From: Geosiphon pyriformis uo1
Taxonomy: Eukaryota > Fungi > Glomeromycota
NCBI GenBank assembly: GCA_016748015.1
Contig: JAAOMT010000479.1
Span: 709,824-773,823, forward strand
DNA: 64,000 nt
Reading direction: 5' to 3'
The position numbers and the translations under genes were made by a program. Numbering within the stretch: position 1 is the stretch's first letter; every line of letters starts with the position of its first letter. Below, in pieces: positions 50,583 to 64,000 of this stretch. The notes under the pieces are model-generated. The model was not told the DNA's origin and ran no database searches. It saw nothing but the letters and a program-made list of their open reading frames with translations.

Positions 50583-53500
50583 ATGTTATGGGTTGTCTTG
50601 ATTTGGCTCGCTCTGACGTTTTCATACCACATAAATGTCAATGCCAATAACTTTACAATATCCGATTCTGGTGATTCATTTTCAATTATGAAAGTTGAAA
50701 CATACTATGATGGCACACTAATGCTACAGTTGCAAGATGCTGGAGATAATACCAGAAATTCTCATCAGCTTGATCTTCGACTGATTCATCCTAACGGAAT
50801 CGTTTCAACTCTGGCTGTCCCTTTGACAGATACAAACTCATCCGATGATATTTCAGCGGTTGCTTTTCCATTATCTCCAGGTTACATTTTTGTTACGGTA
50901 GTTTACCTCTCAAATAACACAATAAATGGTAAGATTATTTCATGGAATGGGGATGTTCTTCAAAGGTATGTTGTTTTATATCGTAATTCGCTCATATTGT
51001 TTAGCTGCTGTAATATTTTCAAACTAAATTTAGTGATGTCGATTTGGATGGTGGGACAGTCGGGAGTCCTGATAGCTATTCTTTCAAGTTGAACGTTGAT
51101 CCCTCAAAAAATTTTCTTTGGGTAGCAAACATAACACAGAACTCCACAACTAATCTCAGCTGGACTGTTCTTGGCTCAAAGTATAAAAAAAGATTATAAT
51201 TCCTTTTGAAAAGATATTAGTTTTAAAAAATTAACCTTCACGTTTTTTTGTTTTTCGGAAAATTCAACAGGTCAGATCATTATCAATTTCAAAAGCTTCA
51301 AAGCGGGATCATAAAAATTCCCGAGTCCCTCCGTTTACAGCAATTTAAATCTTTTGAAACAATTGAAGGCGGTTTTGGGATTGCTTACCTGACGAGGGAA
51401 TCAAGCTTAATGACTATAAATGACGATGAGCAATTCTCTTTTTCGCGCAATGGCACGTTTCTCGCTATTCCCAGATGGCAATTAAGCGTTACGTTTCTTG
51501 AACCTGAAGCTGAAAAGTTCAAACAACCTCTTCTCATATATCAAACTGGTGTTCCATTTGACGCGCTCCAATTGGGATTAAATGATTGCTCTTATGGATT
51601 GGATGGAAGTGGATATTCTTGCGTTTTGGTATTCTCCGATTACAAAAAAGATCCCCATTCTTCTTCTAGTGGGGAAGCTTACGTGGAGAGCCTGTTTTTG
51701 CGAATCACCTTCTTATCAAGTGGCGCAATTAAGAGTATAATAAATTTGGTCCCACCTCAAGAGGGAACGGATTTGAGGTTTCAATCCTTGAAAGCGATAC
51801 CTTTTGGAGGTTTCTTGGGGTTATACTTTTCAAATGTTTCTAAATTGGGAGTAATATATGACACTAGTGGAGAAATGGTTGGCGAGATTCCATTAGCCAA
51901 AAATGTCGACACTTACGGCGTTTTCCCAAATAATACCCTTTACCTTCTTAATAAGCAGCTTTCAAATCAAGTAAGCCTTGAGACTGTTGAGATATTTACG
52001 TATCCATTAAAGAAAATACTTGGCAATGGTAGGATTTTGAAATTAATGAAACAGCTTTAGATACTTAAAATGAACCATATTTCTTACCATAAATTCTCAA
52101 AACTCAGATAATCGATTCAACAATCCTAGTATCGAAGCAAGCTCACCAGTTATCGGTGATACAATTAAGCTGTCCGTACCTAAAATTTCCGTGACATTTC
52201 GACTTCAAATCGAAAAATCCGTTGGCAATGTATCAATTTTTCAAGCGAATGGAAGCTCTCCTATTTTGCGCCAATTCTTTTCAGCGAAAACAGGGTTTTG
52301 CTCAATACAAAATGATTCACACACTATATGGATCGACATTTTGAGCAGCACCTTTAACCAACAAGGTGCCAAATATTATGTTACACTTGATAACAACTTC
52401 GTAGAAAGCAAGTCGGCTGGTCAAGCATTATTTGGGATTGCAAAAGATACGTGGTGGTTTTCAACAGGTGCTTTTAAAGCCTTTTCGAATTATCTGTTTG
52501 ATTTTACAGATTAATTGCAACTATTTTGTCAATTATTTAGAGACTCGAACAAATCTTTACTCTGGTAAAAAGTTTGAAGCAGATCAATGGAGTTAACCTG
52601 GTTATTACCTTGAACTTAATGATTAACTTATTTTGATTTAGATTCTGTTCAAGGTTTACTTCGATTAGACGTTGATGGCACATCTTATTTTGAACGCCTC
52701 AATAAAGAACAAAAAGCCGAGTTTTTCCGGCAAATGTTATTTGAAATAGCTCAATCTATTCCAATTGAACAATCCCGTCTTTCTACAAGCCAAAAATATC
52801 AGTTGGATTCTAATTCACAAAAGAGGAAACTGCTGTTCCCGTTGAAAATCTCAGACACTAAAAATTTAAAAAAACCCAATGCTATCCAAGTCACACAAGA
52901 TCTTAACACGCTCATCCTAAATAAAGAAATTTCCCCAATTTCGATAAAATCTTCAACCAAATTCTTGGACACAACTTATGGCTATCAGCGAACCCGTAAG
53001 TTTTTGAATCATCATAATTTTTGTTTCCGTTCGTCTCCAATTCTTATTATTTACGATCTTTTTCTAGCCAATTTATGGGAAGAATACAAATCGCCATTAA
53101 TTGCATGGGGATGTGGTATACTTATTATAACATTTATATACTTTTTGGCAAGAATAAAGTACCCGCAGGTATATTTTCGTTGCTTTCTCATGAAATTAAG
53201 AGGATCAATTTAAGCGTTCTCTTCCAAATAGGGACGTAACCGGAAAATATTCCAATTTAGCTTGATTGTGGTCGATTTCGGATTGGATCTCGCCTTTTTG
53301 GTTTATAACAGCAGAGACGTTCCTTGGCTTTTTATACCTTGGTACGTAACAATTATGTTTAAGAAATTTATTAAAGGTTCTATTTATTGAATCATGGATT
53401 TTTGGACTGTCTAGTCTCGCCGTTTTCTCGGTTCCAATCTTATTGAACTTGCTACAGGCCTTTTGGTTGTTGATAAATGAAATTACCAGAAACGAAGCAT

Positions 53501-54029
53501 TCGCCAAATGGTTTCATCATCACACTAAATCGGCTTCAATTATCACATTGATAGCTGCAGCAGACGTAGAAATAGTTACCCTTCTTGGATCACGAATTGC
53601 TGGATTTGCTTTTTTTAGCGCCCCATTTTCTGTCAATGCCAATAATTGGATTTTTTGGAGTACCACTATAAACATGTTCATTGAGGATCTTCCTCAATTG
53701 GCTATTCAGGTAAAGAAATTATTTTACTCGAATATAATGAATTGGCTTTGCGTTTTCAAACTCGTTCTTTTTTATAGATTCTGTATCGATTCAACACCGT
53801 ATCTTATGAGATTATTCCATATCTCTCTCTCATTGTCAGCTCTCTCATAATGGCAACTAATATCATTGGACGTGTCTATAATTGTGCTGAAAAGGCCCAA
53901 GATTCACACCAAATTAAATACCAGGAAGCAGGCGAAAAAGTTAACTTTCAACAAAGTCGTTTAAGCACAATAACCATTGAGAGAAAAGGGCCCTCCAATA
54001 TTTCACATCATGAATATTCTTCGTCGTAG
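50583..54029 (+). CDS. Receptor-like membrane protein (~927 aa, 10 exons): signal peptide, large beta-rich ectodomain, Ig-like and SEA-like modules, C-terminal multi-TM domain with EDLPQ motif
   Basis: Phase-consistent GT-AG exons 50583-50965, 51034-51180, 51271-52028, 52108-52467, 52541-52564, 52642-52995, 53068-53168, 53232-53341, 53415-53709 and 53778-54029 (total 2784 nt). Domain names are inferred. Confidence 0.88.
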
Positions 54030-54649
54030 CCTCCTTGAACTTCACAAAATATAGGAGCTATGATTGTCACATACATCAAATTTTATAGGATATATCTAGT
54101 CGATAAAAACTATTCATTCCAAAAACGTCTAAAAAATATTTAAATTCCAGTTAAATTGAAAAGCACACTAAAAATGCGCATGTTTTAGAAATTTAAATTT
54201 TACACGAAATTTTGTAAAAGTAAAATAACAAACATTGTCAAGATGTATTTTGCCATTGAACTCGGAAGTAAGAGCATGGTTCTTGTTACTTTCTGCTTGA
54301 AATAATAAAGTTTTGGTTTTTAAGATCAACATGTATAAGTCTAAATACTTGGATACATTTAAAGGTAGGTATAAAGTCGCTCGGATGGCTTCAGTCGGGA
54401 ATCATGTAGATTACTGTTCGACCTGTACTCTATAAGCCTCAGATGCCATTTTCGCCTCTATCTATACATCCACTACATTTAACCTTCTAAATTCAGACGT
54501 CATCATTTTCTTGGTCTTGTGATGTTATTGAAAGGAGCCAGAATGCTGTTTATCATGGTATCCATCAACAAAATCACAGATCTATTATGGTTGCCGAATT
54601 GTAGGTGAATGAATACTAAACTCTATTTTGTTTTTACTTTCTTTTTAAC

Positions 54650-56450
54650 ATCAATTTAATATTAGCTTGAAGTTGTTTGTATTTCTAATGGAAAAATATA
54701 TGTTTTAATTAATTTTACATTGAAAATATAAAATAGAATTTAAATAACCACAGTAATTTTGTTATTAAATTGTTGTTACACATTTAATTCAATTAAGTTT
54801 ATATTTCTCTCAATTTCCTTATATATTAACTTGTTATTTCAACTCATAGCAATATATTGAAAAGTAATAATTAAAACAATATTGAGTTTTTAATAATTAA
54901 TTCTAAGATTAATATAATTGTTAATATTGTGGTTAATATATTAAATTAATATTGTTTTGTGAAAAATATTTATTTAATTTTTATCAAAATGTCTAAATAT
55001 GTTGCATAATAACAAGTTTTAATTATAGAATAAAATAATTTGATTCTAGCTTTGATTTTAATTTTAATAATATAATAAAAATTTTCAGGTTTTTTTCAGG
55101 TTTTTTTTATTTTTTAGATGATTTTAATTAAAAGTTTGATTCTTTTAAAGTTATGTTGTTAATTGCCATTTTATAGAATTTAGCATTTTTTATTTTAAAA
55201 ATATATTGATTTAAGATTGTACTTTGAAATAATAGTTAACAGGGCCAAATTAATTACAAATTTGAGTTTTTATTGATTCTGCTTTATTGATTTTATTCTT
55301 TAAGTGCTTAAAGAAAGCAAAATTTTCTTTAATATTTTGTATAGAATTTTTAATTTTTTGAAATTTATTTAAAAATAATTCTTGAATTGAAAAAAGCAAT
55401 TAATTTTTTTTAAATTTTCTGGGTTTTGGTGTATTATGCAATGTTGTTGTTAATCTTAATAAAACAAGTATTGATTGAATTGCTGAAAATTGAACATTAT
55501 TTTTTCAATTTGGTAATAAATTTATGTAATTTTATTTTTTAGTCTGATAAATAACATTTTTCACAATATTTTCAATATTTTATTTAAGTGTTTTAAAATA
55601 TTTATAAGATATTGGTTTATATATTTATTATTTTTAAATTCTTGTGCACAATGAAAATAAAATTGGATGTAGTATTTAAAAATTGTAAAAATTATTAGTT
55701 TTGTTTTTTTCGAATTTTACGTTCAAATTATTGTAGTCTCTTGATAACTAATTTTAATGGTTACAATTATATAATATAAGTTTAAAAACATTTTGCAAGC
55801 TATTTCTAATATAGATTAATATCAAAAATTCTAAACACTTTTTTTTTAGTAATTTCTTCTTTAGATTCAATACCAAAATATTTATTTATTGAAAATAAAC
55901 AATAGTAATTTAAAATTTAAATACTAAATTTTGTAATTTTAAATAAAATTTATTATGGTTATAAAATTTTTATATGTAGTATTAAGAAGTTTGTAGTTTT
56001 ATTAATTTTGCTTTTAATTTGGTAGCAATTTTTATATATTTTTTTATAATTTTTAAGACTTGTCAGATGGTAAAGGTTTTTTAATTTTGTATAGTCCAAT
56101 ATTTTTATTATTACAATACTTATAAAATCAAATCAGTATATCTTATTAATATTAAGTTGTTAAGTTAAGATGTTTTTCTTCACAAATTTAGAGAAATAAA
56201 TACATTTTTAAAGTAAGAAATATTGTTTATAGCTGATTAAAATAAATTCGATTTTAAGTTATTTTTGGTTTTTGCTTAAAAAAAATATAAGTGTTAATTT
56301 TTTGACCATTAATTAAAATGAGTTTAATCAAATTTTATTTAGAAACATGTTAAATTATTAAATTTTTGTTTTCATGAATATTTTGTGTTTTGGAATTTTT
56401 GATTAAGAATATTTTGACAAACCATGAAAAAAATTGATTTAAATCTGAGA
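54650..56450 (-). mobile_element. Highly eroded AT-rich TE relic, possibly MULE/FAR1-like
   Basis: Same G/C-stripped, codon-like texture as 39-44 kb; only faint motif echoes. Confidence 0.3.
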
Positions 56451-57628
56451 AAGGAATACATGATCACACGATATACCAAACTTATTTTTTGAAAAATCAA
56501 TTGTGTCTTTAGGGTATAATTCAAATCATATTAACTGCAATATTACACTTTAGAAAATTCAGAAATTTTGAATTAAACTTGCTGGGTATCATTGAAAAAA
56601 ATCCCAGCTTTAAACATTTGGTTATCATTTAGTATACAAGTTTCCCAACATTTAATAGCAAAATTCTGGTGAAACTTGAATTAAATCCTCAAATTTAAAC
56701 ATAATAGCCATTATACCAAATTTTTTCAATTTATAGCAAAAGAGTTGAACAACTTTCAGCTTTAGTGTTTAAAACTTTACTTGAAATTTCAAACATATTT
56801 TTTTTATCAGAAATTGCATAATTTCGCCCCTTTGGGAAAAATGTCTAAATTGGTTGATCCAATTATCGTTACTCCAAATAATTTAGTTGCAACCAAATCT
56901 GATGCTTATTTTATCTTGACTGTTATAATTTTGCGATGCATGTTGCAGCCATTATATGAATTTCAACATTTAGCTTATGTCGAAGAATGTTTTGTGCAGC
57001 GACATGTGATCAGTTTCAGATGGGAACATTTATTTTCACACTTACTATCTTTATCATCACCCAAATAATATATAATGAAAACTTGGGCTGGCAACGGACT
57101 CTCAATTCCGGTCGATATCTCTATTAGAGGTTAGCTGATTCCAAATAATACATTCCCAGCGTCATTGTTGTACTTCCTAATGGAAGCTAATCAATCATGA
57201 TATTCACATATATAAAAATAATTGTGTTGCAGAATTCTGCTACACTGTGAAAAAGATTGTCCGTTTTTGTTGTTATGTCACTAATTAATAGCTGCTGATA
57301 AATTGTTTTGATTTGTCGCTCTCTTCTTCCTCTTCTTTTGGTTCATATTTTTGCCGTCGTCGTCGTCGTTTCGAAAAGCAGCAATCCTAAAAGATACCCT
57401 GTTTTTTTTTTTTAATAATATTCTATTTTTACGAAAGAAATTACTGGTATATAATTGTCAAAAGACTTTTTTAAAGGCAAAAGCATTGTAAACGGTTTTT
57501 ATCAATTTTTACTTTGATTATTGGATTGTGTCCTTTTTGATTTTTAATACATGTTTTGAAGTATAATGATTTAAAAATTAATTGTTTTAAATTTTATGAA
57601 AATTTACAAGATATTGAATACGTAAAAA

Positions 57629-58190
57629 ATGGGAATTACATCATCTCGAAAGAATGTTCCCTTAGACACCCAAAATAGTGCACTTAATACAACCAACAAT
57701 TCGAAAATTATTTATGAAGAATCGAAAGTTGATGTCCAAGAAATTTACCATGAACAAACAAAGTCATTGCATAAAGGAGAAGTGTATGGTGTTGAGGAGG
57801 TATAGGATTGTTTTTTTTTTTGAAAATTATATTTTTTCATTTCGCATTTAATAATTTGATCTAATTAAGATGATTGGAAATCCACAAAGATTAAGTTAAA
57901 TTTTCTTTTATTAAGTCCCCTCATGAAACAATTCATGATGAATTGAATAGAAACCGGTTAAGTAGACAAAGTTCTGTGATTGATTATCATGATACGCCCA
58001 ATGAAAATCTACCTCCATTTCAACTAGAGTATCAATATCACACTCGAACACAAAGCAACCTTTACTTGATATCACTTGATAATTATCCCGGATGTAATGG
58101 GTCTTATAAAACATCAAGTTGCGCTAATCGAATATTTGATGAAGATATCGAAAACTTCACACCACCATCAATCAATTCTATAAATACTAT

Positions 58191-58245
<55 letters not shown>

Positions 58246-58644
58246 TCAACATCTTTGAATTATTCCCAATCATCCTCCGAAAAAAATCCATCTTTAAATA
58301 CTTGGGGACATCCATTAATAATTTCCGATTATACTACCTATCGATGGACTAACACGGATCGATGTGCCGTAACACAACAATTTGTAGATTTAGTGGAGGA
58401 ACGCGAAGAAAGTGGGGAAGAAATTACCTATAAAATAATCGCAAAAGAGTTGGCAGCTTTATGTGATCAACGTGTATCGGTACGAGATTTGAAACGGCAA
58501 GTGAAACGATATTTAACTGCAAATTTTATACCGACTGATATCGTGATATTGGAAGCGATGCAACGTTGGGTTGATTTTGAAGAGATGAAACGAGGAGTAG
58601 AGAGCGGCTCCGCTTCGGACCATATGGATACTGATGAAGGTTAA
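57629..58644 (+). CDS. ~299-aa protein with an N-myristoylation-like start (MGITSS), a poly-Thr tract and a C-terminal Myb/SANT-like helical domain; 2 exons
   Basis: Exon 1 57629-57799 joins in phase 0 to exon 2 57916-58644, the same frame as ORF 57943. (ACT)n encodes the poly-Thr. C-terminal RWTNTD...ITYKIIAKEL...SVRDLKRQVKRY. Confidence 0.75.
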
Positions 58645-59354
58645 AATAAATAAAATAATTCAAAAAGTCACATAATTTAAAAATTTGAAAACTATAATTT
58701 AAAAAATAAGATTTCAAAGGCTGATATCGATTAGAGAATCATTTAATATATATTAAAAGAAAAATTATTATTCATCATATTTAAAATGATTTTTTAATTT
58801 TTAAAAATTAAATAAATTCAAAAACAACAAAACTAAATTTTATGAGATGCTATCAAGTTTTTAACTAACTAATCAAAGACTAGCAATTGAAGAAGTACAT
58901 GCATTTTAAAAACTCAAATACAAAACGTTCTTTCTTACCATTCCCGTACCAACAAGAACGTTGATCAATTTTACCATTACCAGGGATTTAAAATGTCAGG
59001 AAAAACCTGCACGTCAAAAAGTGATCATCATTGAATTAAATGTGGTTAGATTGGAAAATTGTACATTGATTATTATTATTATTTTTTTTTCAAACAAATT
59101 TGAAAATTCTTTATATTTTTATTACGCTATCAACTAACATAAAAATTTTCTTATTAATATTTATTTTTTAATCTGGTTATCTAATCCTCAAACATTTCGA
59201 TTTGATGCTGATTCTAGTCAACTATCAAAAATATTATATCAATATTGGATATTTTGTTTGAATTTTAAATGAGCTGAATCGTAAGGTTTAAATCGTGGAT
59301 AACATCCAATGGAAGTTCCAAAAAATTTAGATATCTCTTACACCATTCAAAATT

Positions 59355-62300
59355 ATGTATCCTCCTTTGAAATTTTTTAAAAAAATTTTCAAATTCCGAG
59401 AAAACAAACTCAAAAATCCAGCTAATCAACCACAGAATGATTTTGCCGTTGATAAAAACTCAACTTTATTTAAAGACAAACAAATTGAATCTTCAAAAGA
59501 AATGGACGAGAAAGCTGAATTTGAATTAGATGACCTAGAAAAAGAAGAAAATTCTCCGATTCCTGCTGTTGCCGCTGTAAATATTTAAATGATTGTCAAA
59601 CTTATAGTTTTTAGCTCACTCTCGAACCCTAACAAAATTAAATTAGACATTTTTCGATAAACTACAAGGCAGTGAGTCCGAAAGATGACTCAACGTTACA
59701 ATCGATCACTTTCCGATTTTGGGTGTTGAGCACAGTACGTTACTAATGCTCAAGTCAACTTAATAAAATATTTTAATCCTATCAAATAAAATTGGTCTAT
59801 TAATTAATTTTTGCGTTAAAATAATTCTTAATTTTCCAGTTTTTTTCAATTTTATCAGCGTTTCTCTCGCAGATATATGCATTTCGACCAAATCGGACGG
59901 TTTATTCACCTTTTTTTGTTTTACTTGGGTCCTATGTTATTGGTAAATGGATGGCAGCTGTTTTACCAACACATCAATATCAGATTGGCAAATGGAAATT
60001 TAGTTTAAACCCAGGTAGTTTGATGGTTTATTGATAGATCTGATTTTTTTAAAAAAATCTTTTTTTTTTTAATTGAGAAAAATTTTATCAGGTCCTTTTA
60101 ACATCAAAGAAAATGTTTGCATAGTTATTTCAGCTAATGCTTCTGGTAGTGCATCTGGATGGGCTTCGGTATAATAAAATTCTTTTTATAATGATTATGA
60201 AGACTTTAAAAAATTTATAGTTTAAATGCCTAATTTTCAAAAATTTAGGAAGTAATAGCAATCCAGAAGCTTTTTTTTAAAAAAGATGTTGGATGGGGCA
60301 TAGGAATATTGTTTATAATGAGCACATTAATGATTGGTTATGGAATTGCTGGCTTTCTTAGAAAATGTGAGTACCAACTTTCATAATTTACAATTATAAT
60401 TGATTTGTATCTCTTTCTAATTTTATCTTCCATTAATCTATTTTCATACGGTCAATCAATCGTTCAATAATAATAGATCTCATCTACCCAGCAAATATGA
60501 TCTGGCCTGAAGTCTTTCCTTTCACCTCCCTTTTCAGTTTATTACACAGTCGAACCGAAAAAGAAGCCAACAAGAGAGCACAATTCTTTTTCATCACATT
60601 TTCCGTGATTCTTGTATGGCAATTTGTTCCGCAGTATATTTTTCCTTGGTTGACAAGCATGGCGTTGCTCTGTTTCGCTGGAAAATCAAAGACCATTAAT
60701 ATTCTTGGAAGTTCATATAGAGGAGCTGGTATTTTATCTTTCTCTTTAGATTGGAACGCTATTTCAACTTTAAGTCCGTTGATTACTCCTTGGTAAGACT
60801 ATCAGTAAAAAATTACTTGAATCGATTTGTAATTTGTTTCTTACTTTTATGATATCGCTTGTTTAAAACGAGCAATTAGGTGGGCTACTGTGATTGTTAT
60901 TTTATCAGGAATAACAGCAGCTTGGATTATTGCACCAATTTCTTATCATTATAATGTTTTGTGAGTTTCTTTAATTTTTTTGGCTTCTTTCAATAAATTA
61001 ATAAATAAATTTTTTGTTAACTTAATTTTTGAATATTGGGTAAAAAAGTGAAGCAAAGAGATTACCTTTCCGTTCACCAAATATATTGGATAAAACTGGT
61101 GCCATGTAAGACTCAAAGATTCTTTTTTCTTAAATTGAACAACATTATGAATATTAATCTTTATTGTCTTGTACACTTTGAAGATACAACCAAACATATA
61201 TCATTGATCAGAATAATGGCAGTCTGAATTCAACTGCTTATGAAGAAGCTGGACCTGTTTATATATCCGTTACATTTGCTCTACTTTATTTCTATAGATT
61301 TGCTTCTTTACCAGCCGCCATTACTCATGTTGCTTTATTCTATGGAGAAGAAATTTATCAAAGATTTCATGATAAAACCTGTAGTAAAACCGAAGATATC
61401 CATTATAAAAAGATGAAAAATTATGAAGGTGAATGAATTTTTTAGCTAAAATAATCAAAAATCACCAAATTTAATGAATTGCCATTTTCTTGATTGTCAG
61501 AGGTCCCAAATTGGTGGTATTCTTTGTTATTTTTCAGTATGTTGGCTGTTACAGTAATTTTGGGATACATGAATGATGTGAATCTGCCATGGTGGGGTAC
61601 TTTTTTATCTATAAGCCTTTCTGTTATTACAGCTTTACCTGTCGGTAAGTTGTTAATCTTTTGGTGTATCTTTTTTCTTTTCATCCTTGTTTGAACTTGA
61701 AACTTTTTCCTAGGTATCATTACTGCAGTCTCTGGAATAAAGATTGGAATTCATATTGTTTCTCAATTGATTTGTGGGTGAGTCTCATCCCTACTAATAG
61801 TTTTTGAAAATAGGAAAACTCATTTTATGTTGTAATTAAATTTCAAAGCCAAAATTTTTTTTAAAGAAGCTTGAATATTTTACAAATTTAGATACATTTT
61901 ACCAGGTCGACCAATAGCTAATGCTTTTTTCAAGGCTTACTCATTTTTGGCAAGTTATCAATGTTTTTGCTTTTTGAAACAACTTAAATTAGGTAAGCTT
62001 TTTTTTTTTTTTTTTTTTTTTTTTTGAAATATGGCTTCTGAGCCGATTGTATTGTTGACTCGAAATTTCCTTTTTTTCATAAAACTAAAAAATATTCCAA
62101 AGGACACTACATGAAAATTCCACCAAGAGTTTTATTCCTTAGCCAAATATGGGGAACTGTTTTATCAGGATTTACTCGTTTTGCAACATTGCAATTAATT
62201 TTTAAAACAAAAAGGAGGATATTGGATGGATCTGAATCTGATCCTACCGGACAGGCATGGAAAATAATATTTATTTATCGCTCTATATTTTCCAGATATA

Positions 62301-63101
62301 AGGGAATTTAATACTGAATTATAATTTTTTTTCAAACTTAACAGTGGTCAGGAAATGTTATCCAAATTGGTAATGCTGTCACAATAATTTGGGGGCTTAT
62401 TGGACCTGCCCGAGTTTTTGGTATGGGTTAAAAAATCTTTTCCCAACTTGTTTGCTATTCTCATTTTCGCGACTAAATAAGATAATTTTACCAAATTATT
62501 CTCCTCATAATTTCTTTTCCAAAACGCAGGACCATCATCAATCTACCATCCGCTATTATACGGTTTTATCTTCGGAGCAATTATCCCAATCCCAATATAT
62601 CTTCTTCATCGCCGATTTCCAAAAGCAAATTTTAAATTATTTAACACTCCGTTGATGCTTAATGCTCTTTGTATCTTGCCCACTGAGTACACCAATTCTT
62701 TAGTCATGGGATTAATTGCTGGTGGTTTGAGTCAGTTTTGGGCTGCACGGTACAAAAAGAATTGGTTCAAGCAGTAAGTTTAATGAATTTTGGTGATCAC
62801 ATAAAGCGGGTGATAGGAAGTATTATTGACTAATTTTTACGATCAATCAGATACAATTATATTTTATCAGCGGCATTAGATAGCGGGACTCAAATTATGA
62901 CGTTATTAATTTTTTTCTGCTTTTCTGGATTAGTAAAGGTATTTATATACGTCTAACATTTCCTTTCAAATTTATGGGAGGTTTCTTTTTGATTCTCTAA
63001 ATTAAAAAATCTTCATAATATGTCACATGTAGGTCGATTTCCCAGAGTGGTGGGGAAACAATCATCAAACGCAAGGCGAGCGATGTTTTGATGATAAATA
63101 G
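59355..63101 (+). CDS. Oligopeptide transporter (OPT family), ~17 exons
   Basis: ENSPIPAVAAAVSPKDD (SPYxEV..DDP-like), TFRFW, LNPGPFNIKE, YPANMIWP, EVPNWWY, LPGRP, LKLGHYMKIPPR, YNYILSAALDSG, FPEWWGN. Confidence 0.95.
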
Positions 63102-63711
63102 AATTCTATTGGGTCAAGTTTTCCGCCCAATTTAGTTTTTGAAACAAGTTTTAATACCAATAGCATTTAATTTTCAAATTTTTTTTTTTTTTGAATCCTA
63201 TTTTTTTATTTAAATTATGAAAACTAATATTTTATTAAAGTCGTAAAAATATAGGTTTGATAAATTGATTTCGTACAGTCTTACGTTTGCAATTCGATAG
63301 TTTATTGCAATGACGGCTGTCATAGAAATTTGCAAGAGACTATACTCAATACCAATTGAAAATTCATATGGGCTAACTTTAATTTTATTTAAAAGAACAG
63401 CCACTAATTTATATGTTACATGGAAACGCCCCTATATCTAATATCTGTTTCTTATATATCAAAGTAAATTTACAGAAAATATGACTTTGTGACTTTATCC
63501 GTGATTTACACTTTCAGATAATGACTTGTTTGTTAAAAAGTTAGGGAAGAAAGTATTTATATATTCTGAGTAGAGTGAGGATAAAGATTAATAATAATAA
63601 TCTTAAATTTTTTGCAGAAATGTAAAATTCTCAAAATTCACTATTCTTTTCTAATAAAAAATTTTTGTGGAATAATAACAAGAGTAAAATAATAAACAGC
63701 TCTTCAAAAGT

Positions 63712-63962
63712 TTAATCAAAACAATTTTCTCCTTGAGTTTCATGGTTGTTGCCCCACCATTCCGGGAAATTTAACTGTATTTTTTCAGAAAGTATTAAAT
63801 AAAAAAAAATAAATTATATTATTTTTTTTTGATTTAATGAATCGTGCAAAGAAAAGAAAAAAAGTTATTCGTACCATTTCAAGTCCGGAAAAACATAAAA
63901 ATATTACAATCATTGTTATCTGCGTACCACTATCCAAAGCAGCTGATAATAAATAATTATAT
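63712..63962 (-). CDS. Second OPT-family transporter, last two exons (gene continues beyond the window)
   Basis: Exons 63962-63875 (YNYLLSAALDSGTQI...) and 63774-63712 (LNFPEWWGNNHETQGENCFD*). Confidence 0.92.
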
Positions 63963-64000
63963 CTGCAAAAAAAAAAAAAATTCAGAATATTTATCACAAG

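Noticed and set aside
54240-54610. GC-richer patch with AKMASEAY, reminiscent of a class-3 lipase N-terminus
   Set aside because: Multiple stops and no GxSxG motif; too weak to call.

Overview
Eukaryotic, intron-rich, very AT-rich fungal DNA. The gene families and TE proteins fit a Glomeromycotina fungus, possibly Geosiphon-like; this is an inference I cannot verify. 1-21 kb is a nested TE cluster. A minus-strand LINE (ORF1 with a CCHC knuckle, ORF2 APE-RT) is interrupted by two related but divergent Ty3/Gypsy-type LTR retrotransposons: element A (+, 3' part, 1-5555) and full-length element B (-, 6937-16963, 845-bp LTRs, 4-bp TSD ACAG). Both share an unusual layout: Gag-PR-[multi-Cys Zn module]-dUTPase-[dUTPase-like linker]-RT-RNaseH-STOP, then a separately initiated integrase ORF, then a conserved non-Env third ORF ending at the PPT. 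Each U3 carries a phased array of palindromic sites upstream of the TATA box. This 'complex', tri-cistronic LTR element is the best candidate for an undescribed system. 22.7-29.6 kb holds host genes: a 3xKH RNA-binding protein, frataxin, and a type-I membrane protein with a long RS/RE-rich tail. 30-50 kb is a gene-poor tract with microsatellites, a nuclease-fold pseudogene and strongly C>T/G>A-eroded DNA-transposon relics (MULE, Tc1, a TIR element). 50.6-64 kb holds a 10-exon receptor-like multi-pass protein, a putatively myristoylated HTH protein and two convergent OPT transporter paralogues. There are two assembly gaps.
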